NCBI GenBank assembly: GCA_036172245.1
Contig: JAYWIR010000009.1
Coordinates: forward strand, 2,480,001-2,544,000
Direction: 5' to 3'
Length of the DNA stretch: 64,000 nt
Origin: Raillietiella orientalis
Lineage: Eukaryota
This document shows positions 23,531 through 36,100 of this stretch, piece by piece. Within the stretch, counting starts at the first letter, position 1; each line of letters starts with the position of its first letter. The notes below the pieces were generated by a model. It saw only the letters and a list, made by a program, of their open reading frames with translations. It was not told the DNA's origin and did not search any database. A program made the position numbers and the translations under genes.

Positions 23531-25699
23531 AGAGCAAACTGTGGTCCTCACCGCAGCCTGTTCCGCATCCAGCGCGAATCCGAGCGCACTCAAATGAGCG
23601 GAAAGTTTCGCGTTTCCGTCTCCAGGTGATGCGTTTCGGCGGCGGATGGCAGGAGCGAGGGAACATCGCTCCCGAATCCCGTGATCCGGCGACGGAATTC
23701 CCGAAAATTCTGGCTTCTTCGGGACTTGCTCCTCGGGAATCGCGAGACTTTCCAGGACTCCCTCTCCAGTCCTCGTCCAAATTGGCCGCGCGGCGGAGCG
23801 GTAGGAAGCAGCGTGCAAGAGCGCTCCTCACGTTTCCTTGGCGACGGGAATGCGCCTCTAAGGAATGTGGCATCTCCCTGCCTCTTCCCGGAACGGTGGA
23901 GCTCGCTGCCGAACGCGCGCGCTGCTCCGTCCGCATGCGCGTCCGAATGGAACCTTCGGGTGGCGAGGTGGTCGGAGCGAGGTCAAAGTCTCCACGGGGC
24001 AAACCGTGGTCGACGTGGTCTTCCAGCTAAGCGGCGAAATCAGCTGGAACTTTCCATTGCTCCACGGTATTGAATTCGCCGGAGCTCGGTTTGTATAGAT
24101 GTGGAATTGGATTCTATTAAAAAATAGCAATCAAAGTGGTAAATTACTTGATTCTCATTCGGCTGCTGCTCGTGAAGCGCCATTTAATGATATATTCATA
24201 TTGCAGCTGATATAAAATGCAATATTGATGATGATATCCTCGAGGGAGAACCAGGAATGCTGCTTCCGTTTGCGAATAGGGAGAGTAGCGATAGACATTG
24301 TACAGTACGGCGAAGGAAGATTGGACGCGAAAAGAGAAAACGCCTCGGTGTCATCCAAGATCGCGTTTGCCGTAAACATTTTCATATATGTAATATAAAT
24401 AATAATGGCAGTTTGGATTTGCATACAATGCACGCCCATTTTAATGCAGCGTGTGCTGCATAATTTAAATAATCACAAGGCGTCGTGTGTCATTACACGA
24501 AGTGATGGTATGAGGTGCAATCTTGGAGGAACTGCAAATCATTGGTATCGACTCAGCATCCGAGGAGAAATTAATGACCGCGAGCGGATTTTTCGGAGAA
24601 ATTCTTCGTGGAAGGGTGTTTGTTTTGTATTAATTTCGGTTCCGGGGTCACGAACCACGGGTTTTTTTTTCCATCAAAGGATTTTCCCGTCCTGAGAGCG
24701 TCGCTCAGATGCGAGATAAACATTCTTAGTGATCTCTTCCAGATGAAGGCTGCTCATCGCACTTTCGCTCTGCTGTCCTTTCATTTCACTGCTTGGCTGT
24801 GTGCAGCATCCGAGTCCGCCGCGAACAGCAACAGCAACATCACGCGCACTTGGATAGTGACGTAGGTGGTGGTACAAAAAAAAAAAAAAAAAAACGCGAC
24901 CGACGATGCAATGTATCTAATAAGTGGCCTTGGACGCCATCTTCCCGAAGATGCGGTCATTGGTGCTGAAGCCAAGGCACGCTCGGACGGCAGACGCGCG
25001 CTAATTGATGACATTCGTGGAAACGGCAACCGTTGCTGCCTTCCCCGCATGTCATCTATTTCTTGCTGGGTCAGTTCCGGAGCGTAGTGTGGGGGAGGCA
25101 GCGTCCTACCAACCTGAACGGGAAAGTGCCACGGGACTCGCAACCACACACGCCGCTCCCACTTTTGGCGACAGCGGATGCTCCGCGTTGCTTCGTTTTC
25201 CTTCCCGTTCCTCAGGCCGGGGGTTCAGGGAATCTGGTCAACGGGTCACCGACGGTTCGCGTCGATTCCCTTCATCGGGAGGCCATCGTCCGTCGCAGTC
25301 CGCAGACTCGAGAAAGGTTTGGCGTACCCGGAAATGCAATAAAACGCTTTGCTACACCAAGCGTACTTTACAAGCAGCTCTTAGCTGTGGAGGGAAGATT
25401 TCTGAGATGAGGCCGTGTGGACACTGAAGCACGACTTATACCTCCGTCGTCTCTTGCGTCCTCGGAAAACACGAATTAGTTACCAGTACTGGCATTCTCT
25501 TCTTCTGCTCGATCGAAGGTTTATTGCTTCCGCTTCTTCGTAAGAGTGAATTCACCAATGAATCGTGTAATATCATATCCCTGGCGTGCCTGCTCTCCTT
25601 TCAAGGGATCCCTTCAAGGAAGGAAAGCATTAAACTTCAAGAAAAGATCTGCATTGCACACAAATCAGCAGCCTCTCCGAGGTTATGTTTGTGTTTAGA

Positions 25700-27950
25700 C
25701 AGAATTTATTATCATACCATGTGACTGTGCCTGGAGGAATGAAATTGGCCAGAAAGACGACCTAATCACTTGGCTATCCATCTACACTGAATTTTCAAGG
25801 AGGCACGGCAGATGTTTGATTGAACATCCGAGGTCTTGCGAAATTCTGTAGTAACCTGGACCACGAGACTCACGAGAAGCCTTCCATAGGATACTTATAA
25901 TTTGCCCATGTGACCTTTGCTGCTAACAAAAAAAAGAAAAAAAATACTAAAACATCTCATGACGTACAGCACCATACTCACTATGAGGATCCTGAGGCAG
26001 TGCGGCAACGCATGAGTTTTCAGTGTTTGCTCCCTCTTAATTTACCAATGAAGGCGTGACCTTATGTCTTTGCACAAATGTCTGTTGTGCTTTCCCGATC
26101 TCCATTTCGATCAATGGTCCATCATTCACGATGCATCCATGGAAACCCGTGAATACAGAACGGATTGAATCCCGAAACGCATTTCTTTCTTTCCAAGTGA
26201 ACTGGGAATGCAAGGTCACAGAACACGGAACAGTTGGATGCATCGTGCGTCGGCGTGCTCGTCCGTCCCCATTTTCCAATTCCACTTTGAGCAGGTAATC
26301 CTGACGGGCAGATGGCACGAGACACCTGAAGCCCCGCTGACAGCAAATAGGATTCCCTTCACCTGACACCTGTAATCTATCTATTCCAAGGAATTGTCCA
26401 AGTGTCCTGATTAGTTTTGGCGTTCCTTCGCTTCCTGACACCTTTGTTTTCAAGCATCCGGCAGTTGGCGGCTGTCGTGCTTCCCGAAGACCTGAGTGCA
26501 ATTTCAGGTCAGCAGTCGCGTGGAATTTCCTCCAGAGATAATGCTTTGTGTGCGTGTTTGTGTGTTTTGGTAGAAACAGCAGTGTTACGAGTATCCAAAG
26601 TTCTTTCTAATAGCCAGTCCAACTTGTGGAAACTCTTCTGCAGGGTAGGCAAAAGACGCGATCTAACACTGCCCACGAGTAAAATGCAATGTGGCAGTAG
26701 GAAAGGAAAATTTCCAAAAGGCATGCACGACCTCCTGGAAGAAATGGTTGGAAGTTCGTGGCGAAAATTTCAAGAGCAACGTTGGACCCGCGCGTCCGCC
26801 CCAGCCACAGCATCAAAATCGAAGTCTGCTGGAGATTGTGGAAGACGAGTAAAATGTGCAATAGCTGCATAAAAGTCCATTGCCGTTTCGCCTATCTTAG
26901 AAATACGGAAACATGTCAAAGGACGACCCCCTCTTGTTTAGGTTGGTCCCTCCGTGCTTGCCGCAAGCCTTTAACACAAACAGATTAGTAGAGTGACTCC
27001 ATGATTTTGTTTCAGGTCGCGAAGTTCATTCATCTGTTCGTCTGCATGCACCAAGAATTCAAAGCATCCCCACAAATATGCCCGATGGCAAAGAGTACCA
27101 CTCATTACCTTCCTTCTCTGATGTCTTTACTCGCTTTGCACCCCATTCGCTCTTTACAAGTTTCGACCTATTCCCCTCATTCCTTCACGTTGATTTCCCG
27201 TTTAGTTTTCCAATCATCCCATGTCAGTCCCAGTGGATCCAGTTGCCGGCAACCAGCAAGGGGGAAGATGTCTTCGCCGTGTCATTGAGCCCCACAGCAT
27301 CGGGTGCTGCTAATGTTGGCTCGGATTAGCATTTTGCACTCGGACTATTGGTCGGGGATTCCAACACAGCATATCTCAAGAAGCACACTCTTGACCGTCC
27401 TCTTTGTCCCAATCTGTTTTCGTGCAGCAGCATCCGCGTGTGCCTGGAGGCAGCCTCTTGGAAAGCGGCAAACGTTCACCTCAGCTCCATTCAACTTGGC
27501 ATCGTCAGCGAATTAAGCGGCGGTTCCGTATTCATCGTCAGACCGATCGTGTGCGCCAACTTTCCTTGAATTCCTTTTCCCTCTCTGGAGCTCATGACAC
27601 GTTTTGAACACCTGTGTGCCAGAACCTGCCTCCTGATCTGCAGGTGTCAAGGCCAAGGGTCTTCTAGCTTCGAGAGGCGATTCACAGACAGGTTTTCTTC
27701 TGGCGAAGGCGACGACGCTGAAGCAGTTGAACAGAATAACGTACCATCCGAAGCAGTCAATTTCCTCTTCGTAGATCGGAGTGCAGCGACAAATATCCTC
27801 GAAATGCCAAAAGCCAAAAAAAGAAAAAAAAGAACTCACGACGTGCTTTTGGTGGAGTGAGACGAGTCCTGCAGCATCCCTCCGCTGAAGAGGAACCAAC
27901 CCGGAATGGCGACGCCATGACTCCCTTAACCTGCGCCGAATCATAAAAAT
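25700..27950 (-). mobile_element. Decayed HERO-like non-LTR retrotransposon including 3' end
   Basis: RRRLRESWRR...SFFGF (~LRRAE..RR...NPFGF), AGSGTQVFKTCHEL (~PGPSG..YKVYKNCP.L), WGRTSTP..NCS (zinc knuckle), SRG...QDLG...IRSSFW (~EVG.RG..LG...RSSFWLW). AATAAA at ~25706. Confidence 0.6.
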
Positions 27951-29699
27951 CCAGGTAACACGTTCGGCGCGATTCCGAAGTCAATGCCAAAGCATAATTG
28001 AAGGTTCCCTCTCTTTCCGGCCGAATCTTTCAAGACCCAAGTCAGCTGCGTCTGATGGAGCTGCGCTGGAGTGCTACGTCAAGGCGAAAGAACTTAATTG
28101 GTGCACTGGATACACTAATTTGGCGGGCGCTCTCCTGAAACCATGTTTCCAGCTGAGTGCCTCACACGGGAACAAAACCCCAGCCGGGCAAACAACGTGT
28201 CAGGAAATCGTGAAGACCAGCAGTCAATCGCGGCGCGAAATCCCAGCCACTTCCCAAACCCACGGCACAAGGAAATTATTTCTAATTACTGCTACGTGGA
28301 AGATTGAGAGTTCACGAGCCAAGTCGATGCTGAAGAGCTCTCGTCAGGTACGAACGCTCCCGCGTTCTCTTAGCACAGAACCAAAAGGACAGAGCTCGTG
28401 GCACTGCGTAGGAAAAACGCATGGCTCGATCGATCGGCTGTGGGAACCAGAAAGCATCCCCTGCTCTTTCCTTTAGAACGAGTCAGCAGCAGACTGTGCA
28501 GCAAAAATCACAAAATACGATCACCATGCAGCAACCTCGAGTTTTCATTGTACGACGTACTCACCTCAATGGCTTCCATTGTGTTGAGTTTCTTCAGGAA
28601 AAGTCCAGTCGATGAAGGACCATCGTACGGGCTACATGGGACTGGGTGCATATTGAAAGTGCTCCAGATTCGGACAGAAAATTCCCTGATTGAAGGTGGA
28701 TGCCGCTTTACTCACCAACGGAAGACGGAACGACAGAGGTGAGAAACTGACGTTGCCATTAGAAACCAAGAAGCAGTGCAGAATTTGGTCTTGTGGAGAA
28801 ACTACTGCTCACGGCGTCACACTTTCTTTGAAGCTTAGCTTCTCCGAGTGTCCTCAAGCAAACTGAAGTCCACGGAGTCTTCAAAAGTGGAAGAACCCAA
28901 CTAAACTCATCTTTGGTTCTGACTTTTAGAGTCACTCTAAAGACTGGCGCTTTATTTGCTTCCCGCCCGAACTGTGATAAACCACACCGCAATGATCTGG
29001 ACCGTGCTTGTATTTGAAGAAATCTGTTGGAAAGCATCCTTGCCTTAGAAACTGAGAAGGTGAAACTAAGATGCTGAAACAAACTGGGAGATGTTTCCAG
29101 GAGGCATAAGAGACCGCACACGGTGCCCGAAACTGCGGCATCTTCTCCTGCTAGGTTTCCAGGTAGATTCTCCATCTTACTGAGCCTCATATTCCTTAGA
29201 TTTAGCCACTGTGGACAGACTAAATTGAAGACCACGAAACCATTGCAGAATTTAGAGAGCACTCGTTGCTTTATAAATATATATATATATGTATGGAAAC
29301 GCTTGCAAGTAGAAGAATTTCATGCAAGCAAATGGAACGCCCGATCCAAGTGGTGTTCTCAATGATCAAAAAGTTGGAGTGAGGAAAATTTTCCAGATTT
29401 GTGCCCGAAATCTGTGGAAATTGCAATCTCTGAACTGCACGGCCTTCTTTCGAAAGCTGGCCGTGTCCACGACAAGTTCAGCGATGGGAGGGCATGTCCG
29501 CTACCTCCGATGTACGAGATGTGAAAGGAACAAAACGCTGTGCGTCGGGATTTAATCCCAAGAGTGCAGAATAAAACATTGGCAGCCTCCTCCTCGTCTC
29601 CTTGAAACTTGCTCTGCTGTTCTCTTAGACCGAATGGATCTGCTGAGACAATTCACAAGTGGGTTTCGAAAAGTGCTAAGAGAAACGTTTTTATCAGCA

Positions 29700-30500
29700 G
29701 GTAATTGCTTAAAGGGGTGTTCTTGATAAATGTTCTTTTTAAATACTGATAATCAACACTGACTGGAAGCAGTCTACCAGTGACTTATTGTGGTTCGTTG
29801 TGCCGAGCCACCGTCTGTTGTTCGTCGGAGTCATCTGGAATAGCGACCCCATTGTCTTGATTCAAAACTGACCTGGCCAGAAAACCCATCTGAGAAAGTG
29901 CTTGGAATGGTAGATGTGCGCGAGGGATCATTTGGTGAAATCAATTGTGGTCAACTGTGGTCAGTTCCACGGAGCCGCCGAAGCATGCAAGCAAGGCGAT
30001 CCTCACAGAAGCCAAGCTATCGGCAAGTTTACGCTGGAATCAAATCAGCCAGCATTACGCAAAAGAAGCACTCTTGCCGCTATCAGGAAACCAAGGATTC
30101 CAACTCGAGGGTCAGCTGCAGGAGCCTTGAGGATGCTTCGGCGAAAGCGGGCGCCCCCAAATCTGTTGGGGCGAATTTCGGAATGTCAGAAGTCCTTCTG
30201 CCGTGGGTACTGACTGCTTTTCGGGAAAAGAAACTGCGAGTCTTTCGGAATTCGGATGCAATGTCTGCATGCTGTTTACTCGGGTCACGAAGACTCCGAC
30301 GAACATTCTGGATGCAGAAGCTCTGGGAAGCCAAGACGGTAACAGATCGGAGGATGGAGGGACATGACATCGACGCAATGCTGCATCACAGAGGCGAGGG
30401 AAAAAATTTCTTTTCGAGACGTGTATCTGAAAGAAAAGCAAGGTCAGTTTCTTTCCTCCGTCGTGAACCCCAGCCGCACGCGGTGACCTTCGAACGCCGT
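29700..30500 (+). mobile_element. Possible very decayed LINE RT fragment
   Basis: VDVREGSFGEINCGQLWS resembles LD..KAFD.INH..LW. Other motifs are weak. Confidence 0.25.
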
Positions 30501-31779
30501 GTTCACAAGCTGCAGTGTTCACAGAGAGAATAAATCATCTCTGAACTCCGTTCCAGGGTCAAATTTAAACCTCGTTTTCCTTCCGATACAGAAAGCAGTT
30601 ATGAAAAATGCATTGCATTTCGCCGTGTTAATGGGGTTTATGGCTGCTTGACAGATGAAGGAGACGCACTTCTTTGTCTGAGACAGAAGATTGGCCATTT
30701 TTTTTTTGTTTTGTTTTTTGTTTCAAGATCTACACAAAGAACAAGCTAAGCGGAATTCGAGAAAGGATATTCTTTTGGACGCTCCAGGTTCTAATTTTCG
30801 CGACAGCGAGGTTTCCAGATCATTTTCTCCCAGTCACTCGAGCGGACTTTGGTTTTCTTATTTTTTCCTGTAGTGCCTGAAAGGGGGGGGAAAAAAAGGA
30901 AGGCACGAATTTCGGGAAGCAATCGAAGCTCCCTGCCCCCTTCAGGTGTGCTTTACCAGCGCACGAAGGAAATCTTTCAAGTCCAGTTCCGCAGCTTCCG
31001 AACTGGAGCCGGGGAAATCCGCTAGCGTTCCAGCGGAGAGTTCGTCTCCCAGCATCACGCAGCTTTTCTCCTCGTTTACTAGCGGAGAAGCACGAAAAGC
31101 GAAGTTCCGGATGAGAGTCGAGTGGTGAGGAGAGACCGTGCGGGAAAAGAAGATTGACAGTCAAATCCTCAATTGTTCGGCAACGTACGTGCTGATACTG
31201 TGCACTCATTGCCTCTGAGGACTGCCAACCCGCTTCGCATCTTTCGCAGCATCCGGCAGAAAGAACCGTGAAGCTCCTGGGAGAAGCGCGCGTGAGAGAA
31301 CGCAGGGAAAAATCTGGAAACTCCGAGGCAGCGGTCCTCCGAAGTCCGCCTATGAGCAAGCGCGCTCATCTCTGCGAGTATGGCATGAGCGCTCCGAACG
31401 AGGGGAGCAAAGCGTACAAAGGAAAAGATACTTTATCCGCGCATCCACCGCGGAAGCGATCCGTCTGCGGATATCGCATGGCTTCCTTAACGTCGGGATG
31501 ACGATCTCCCTTGTATGCAAAACCCGCTCGCGCCTCGGGCTCCGTTACTGAATTGAAAGTAAGAGTCGCAAGCTATTTAATTCCCCATTTTCAGTTGAAT
31601 GATTACCTGGAGGAACATGCGTTTGCGAAATGCACTCGTGCTAACTGGCATATTTATCTTTGGTTCCGCTGCTGATGCTGGATAACGAGAGCAGCTCGTG
31701 GGAGTTCAGGTTTACGTGCTACGGAGCACCGATTTCTGCGAGGGCGACAAGAAGAAAAAAAGAGAGGGAGGGAGAGAGA

Positions 31780-32600
31780 GAGAGACGAAGTTCCAAAGCA
31801 ATTCCGTGAAGCAGACGGCGCCATCCATCCGCTCTAATTCACGTAGCATTCAAGAAGTCCCCTTCCAAACAAAACTGCGCACCTTACCAGATATGAAAAC
31901 AGCAAAAGACATTCTTCGGATATCGAAAGAATTCGCAGATGAAATCTCGGAAATGAATGAAGGCAATTTCGCCCCGAAGGCATTTCGAATAGTAAATAAG
32001 CACAAGGAATAAACGTGTTCCGGCAAGCAATGCTCGAGGATTTTACTTCCACCATGCATAAGGGGTGTCTTCGCTGAAGACTAAGTGGTTCGGCAACTTG
32101 CTAAGAACAAAAAGCCTTTCCATACTTGGCGTACTCTGTGGAGAAACTATTCAATTTGCACTCTTTGGAATTGAAATCACGGAATCCAATCTTAGTCATC
32201 CCGAGCGCTTGGGAAGCGGCTTGAAACCCTAAGCATGCATCTTCCATGCGAAGAACTCTTTGCGATCGCAGACGCAAGGAGGAGGACTTTCAAACCACTG
32301 TGACCGCCGGATTTTTGTCCATTACGAGCAGATGAACCCTGGAGTTCCCTACGCCTCATCTTGCTGCATCATTTTCACGGTATCCGGGCGACCGGGATCC
32401 TCATCCGCTAGCGGCAGTGGCGAATCTCGAATCCTCCGTGCCACTTTCATCCAAGGGGGGAAAATCGGTTGGTGTGGCTTTTTCCAGCCCGCGGGGCTCG
32501 GGGAAATCTCCCCCTCCCCCCCCCGCGATGCACCGAACCGGCCGAAACCGTCTGCCACAGGTGTGGGACCCTTTGCAGGCAGCGGCTTGGCCCGCATCTG
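31780..32600 (+). mobile_element. HERO-like RT/thumb fragment
   Basis: EISEMNEGNFAPKAFRIV (~ISWARMSFKPAKSRS), FALFGIEITES (~WPL..YEV..S), KIGWCGFFQPAGLG (~LVG.V..GRAGLG). Confidence 0.55.
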
Positions 32601-33199
32601 AAATTTTTCGCTCCTCAGCCAGTGTGGTGGAGTGCTCCGTCATGTAATGGAAGCAAAAATAAATGACTAACGTGGTGTGTGGAAAATCGGAGAATCTTCC
32701 AGAAAGATCCGTTTTTTTCTGACGAACCCGCAGCGTTCGCTCCGCCGTCCTTCGCTGGGAAAAGTGTTCTTCGTCACCTTCGTCCCTCGTATGGAATGCG
32801 CCAGCAGCCCTGTAGCAGAGTTCGTATATGGGAGAGTAAGTGAGTAATTCCGGTGGCAACCGTAACTTCAGGAACCCAAAAGGGAAAAGGAAATGATATT
32901 TTTGGAAAGAGGATTCCTTTTGCTCGTTGTCCCAATCTCTTGCTCAGATTTGCAGCGAAATTGCAGCAGCCCCTGCTCACGTAAGAGCTGAATCGAGACC
33001 GAGTTGTGGTGGAACCGGAATTTCCATAATAAGATCAAAAGCCCTTAGATTGCGTTCCAGGGTTTGCGTTAACTTTGTCGTGAAGACAACGCTTGACCAC
33101 AGGGAACCGCAAGAAGGTTCTCTGAGAACGTTTCCACGCCTTTCCTTCATGGGCTGCTTGGGCAGATGCAAGGCGACTCGCTAAAATTTGGAACTTGCA

Positions 33200-36100
33200 C
33201 GCAGCTGATTCAGATGGGCGGCTCAGCTCATGTGGGCCTTGTCTTCGAGAAGCGAAAGAACTTTCGGGCGGATTCGAGAAATCCCAATGTCCTTACGGCT
33301 TCATTACTAATGACGGAGATGTTGCAGGCAGAGGACTTTGCAGCGACCTCGCGACGCAGCTCTGAGATAGGCAGCAGCAACAGCGGCGAACAGTCACTCA
33401 TTGATCGGACAGTCTCCGAGGTACGCGCAGAAGTCGGGATGATGAAACCTGGAGGAGCAACGTGTCGCTTCGGGAGTGCCGTTGTTTCTCGCATCTGATA
33501 AGAAAACCTAAAGATCATTCCAGTTTTTCATTGATCTCTCCCATGGCACTTCATCATGTCGTTGTTTTTGCAGAGGCGAATGCGTGAACGCATGCTTTCT
33601 CGAGGCCTCAAGCATTCTTTATGGTCAGCAGAACAACGTGAGGGAGAGTGTTGGTGAAGAAGCGAGCACAACACCATTGTGGGAGTTTTAGTATTGTCTC
33701 AGTATCGTATTATCAATATTATAATGGTATATTGTTCTATTCTTCACTAGCAGCGTTAGTGGAAAAGTGTCCACTTCATTGAAGAATGTTCTCCAACTCG
33801 TTCGAGGTTATCATTGCCAGCCCTGAGTACAGGCGTTCCTCTACGAATTCCCGTGACACAAAAACCGGAAACCTTCGGATGAAGCCTCCCTTGAGCTGTC
33901 CCGACGATGGACCCCATACGGAGGTCGAAAAGAGTTCCAATTGTATGGGGACTTTGCTCAGAGTTTCTTCGACTCCTTGAGCAAGAACTGACACCTATGT
34001 AGCGAACAGCTCCTAACCTAGGCACACTCTCCTCTTCCCTTCTTTCTCCTGCCTTCTTCAGATCCGCAAGAGTCCAGTCTTCTGCCCAATGGAAAAGACG
34101 TGTTACGTGGGTAGCTGGCGTCCACAAGCTTGCAAGAAAGAATGTGAAGCTGCACACCACCAGAAAGAAGCGAAACGCGAAGTTAGAACGGGTGGCTGAG
34201 TGCATGGTGAGCCTGGAACCTGCTAAGGGATTTCCCGAAGGAATCTTGGATGCTAATAACCTATCACTCGTTCCAAAAGGGCAGCTGGAATACAGGAAGA
34301 AAGGGCCGGCAGCACTCCACGGAAAGGAAACTCGTACAGGAAGCTCTCAAGGCACTGTCGACCTTTAGAAAACCCTCGAGTGCGTCAAAAGTGGACTTTC
34401 TCCAAGTCACTGAACCAACTGCAGCTGCCGGAGCGCATTTGCATTCTCTCTGGAGCAGCGTGTCAGTGACCGTCTCTTTCAGTGGCCTCCGCGCGCACGA
34501 CATTGAAGTGAACGATGAATCCTTCACTTTGGTCCTCAAGCTGCTCAGCTTCCCTTCGAGTTGCTTCTAATTCTCCCAGCTTGCCTTCAGTCAATGCGCC
34601 TCCTGCGGTGGTCCATCTCAACAGCCAGCTTCTACCTCCCGCGTGGGCCGCAGTGGGCAGTTTTCGAAGAGTTCCTCAAGTTGATCTGGAGCCTGCCGTA
34701 GTGTGCAGATGAGCGTCAAAGTGCTGAGTGGTCGTGCTGGCTGGGGTGTGGCTCGTAACGCCGGGGTCACGAACGATCAGAATCCCGGAGGATCAAGAAA
34801 AGAGAAACACGCGTGGTCGTTCTGCGTGGATTAATGTACAAATTTATTTTAATACGCATAGTTATTCCCACTTGTGAACAGGCATATCATTAACAGTATT
34901 ATTATTGAAACATATATGTTTATTAAGATTCAGTGATATACATTTTATTAACATAATCAATCAAATACACATAAATACACAAATAAATATAATTAAGTTG
35001 TTGATTATATTGTTGATACATGTATGGAAGGTTACTGTTAAGGACATACCTGCTCACAAACACGAATTAATTATGCGTATTAAAATAGATTTGTGCATCG
35101 ATCTACCTGAAATGGCCACACGCGTTTGTTTTTTCATGGTCCTTCGGGATTTTGATCGTTCGTGACCTCGGCGTTTGGGACTTCGATCAACAACGACTGG
35201 CTGGAGAGTAGCTAGGGAAGACCGACCTTCCTCGGGTGATCTTGCTGAAAGGGTGCGTGGGTCCGGTCCACGTGCAAGGAGGTCCGGTCTTCTCGCATGC
35301 AGAGCAACCCACGTGCTCTTTTCCGGATCGCCTTTGGTCGAAGGACAGCGTGGCGATTCTTCTTCGCCGTCTCCCTTTTTCGCCTCGTCTGCCTGCTGCT
35401 TTGGTGTGTCGAGGAGTCGCCTCCTCCGATGCGGAAAGGCCGGGTTTCCACGATGCCAAGCTGCGGAGCCGGAAGCTTCCCCCCCGAAGAACGCAGGTGC
35501 CCTCGCGGGGAAGCTGCCGAACTACCGCGGAATGTCTCTCTCTGCCGGGGAATGCGTAAAAAGAGTCCCTGTACAACTTTCTCTCCTGGTCTGGTGTCCC
35601 CGCAAACGCAACCCCGAGCGTCCGAGAAAGCTTTCTGTCACTGAAAACTAAAGTGCCCTCGGAGCAGCACTGCTGTTGTTGCACTCCCAACAGCTGCTCT
35701 TGGGGACAAGAAGCAGTGGAATGACTTGGAACAAGGGGCGCCATTCGTCACCTGCAGAAGGTGCCACTGCCAGAGATTCAAGGTGCCAGACACCTGCTCT
35801 CCCTCCAGGACGCATCCTTATATCCTTGTCGACCTCTCTTCGCCCCTGGGGAGCAGCAGATGTGATTTCTCTGGAGGCACGGGAGCTTACCTGCAGGACT
35901 GGAAGCAGGTCCCGAAGGTCATTGCTCGCTGGAGGACGATGTGCGGCTGGACAAAGAAGCTTTCCTCGCGAATGATGCGTGCTCAGAGACGCAGAGATCT
36001 TGGATTCCGCTGATAACTCTTAGAAGTAGGCACTGTGGACTTGTTCCATCTTCTCTCTGCATCACCGTCACATCGCCACCTTCACGGTGCACTGACAGGG

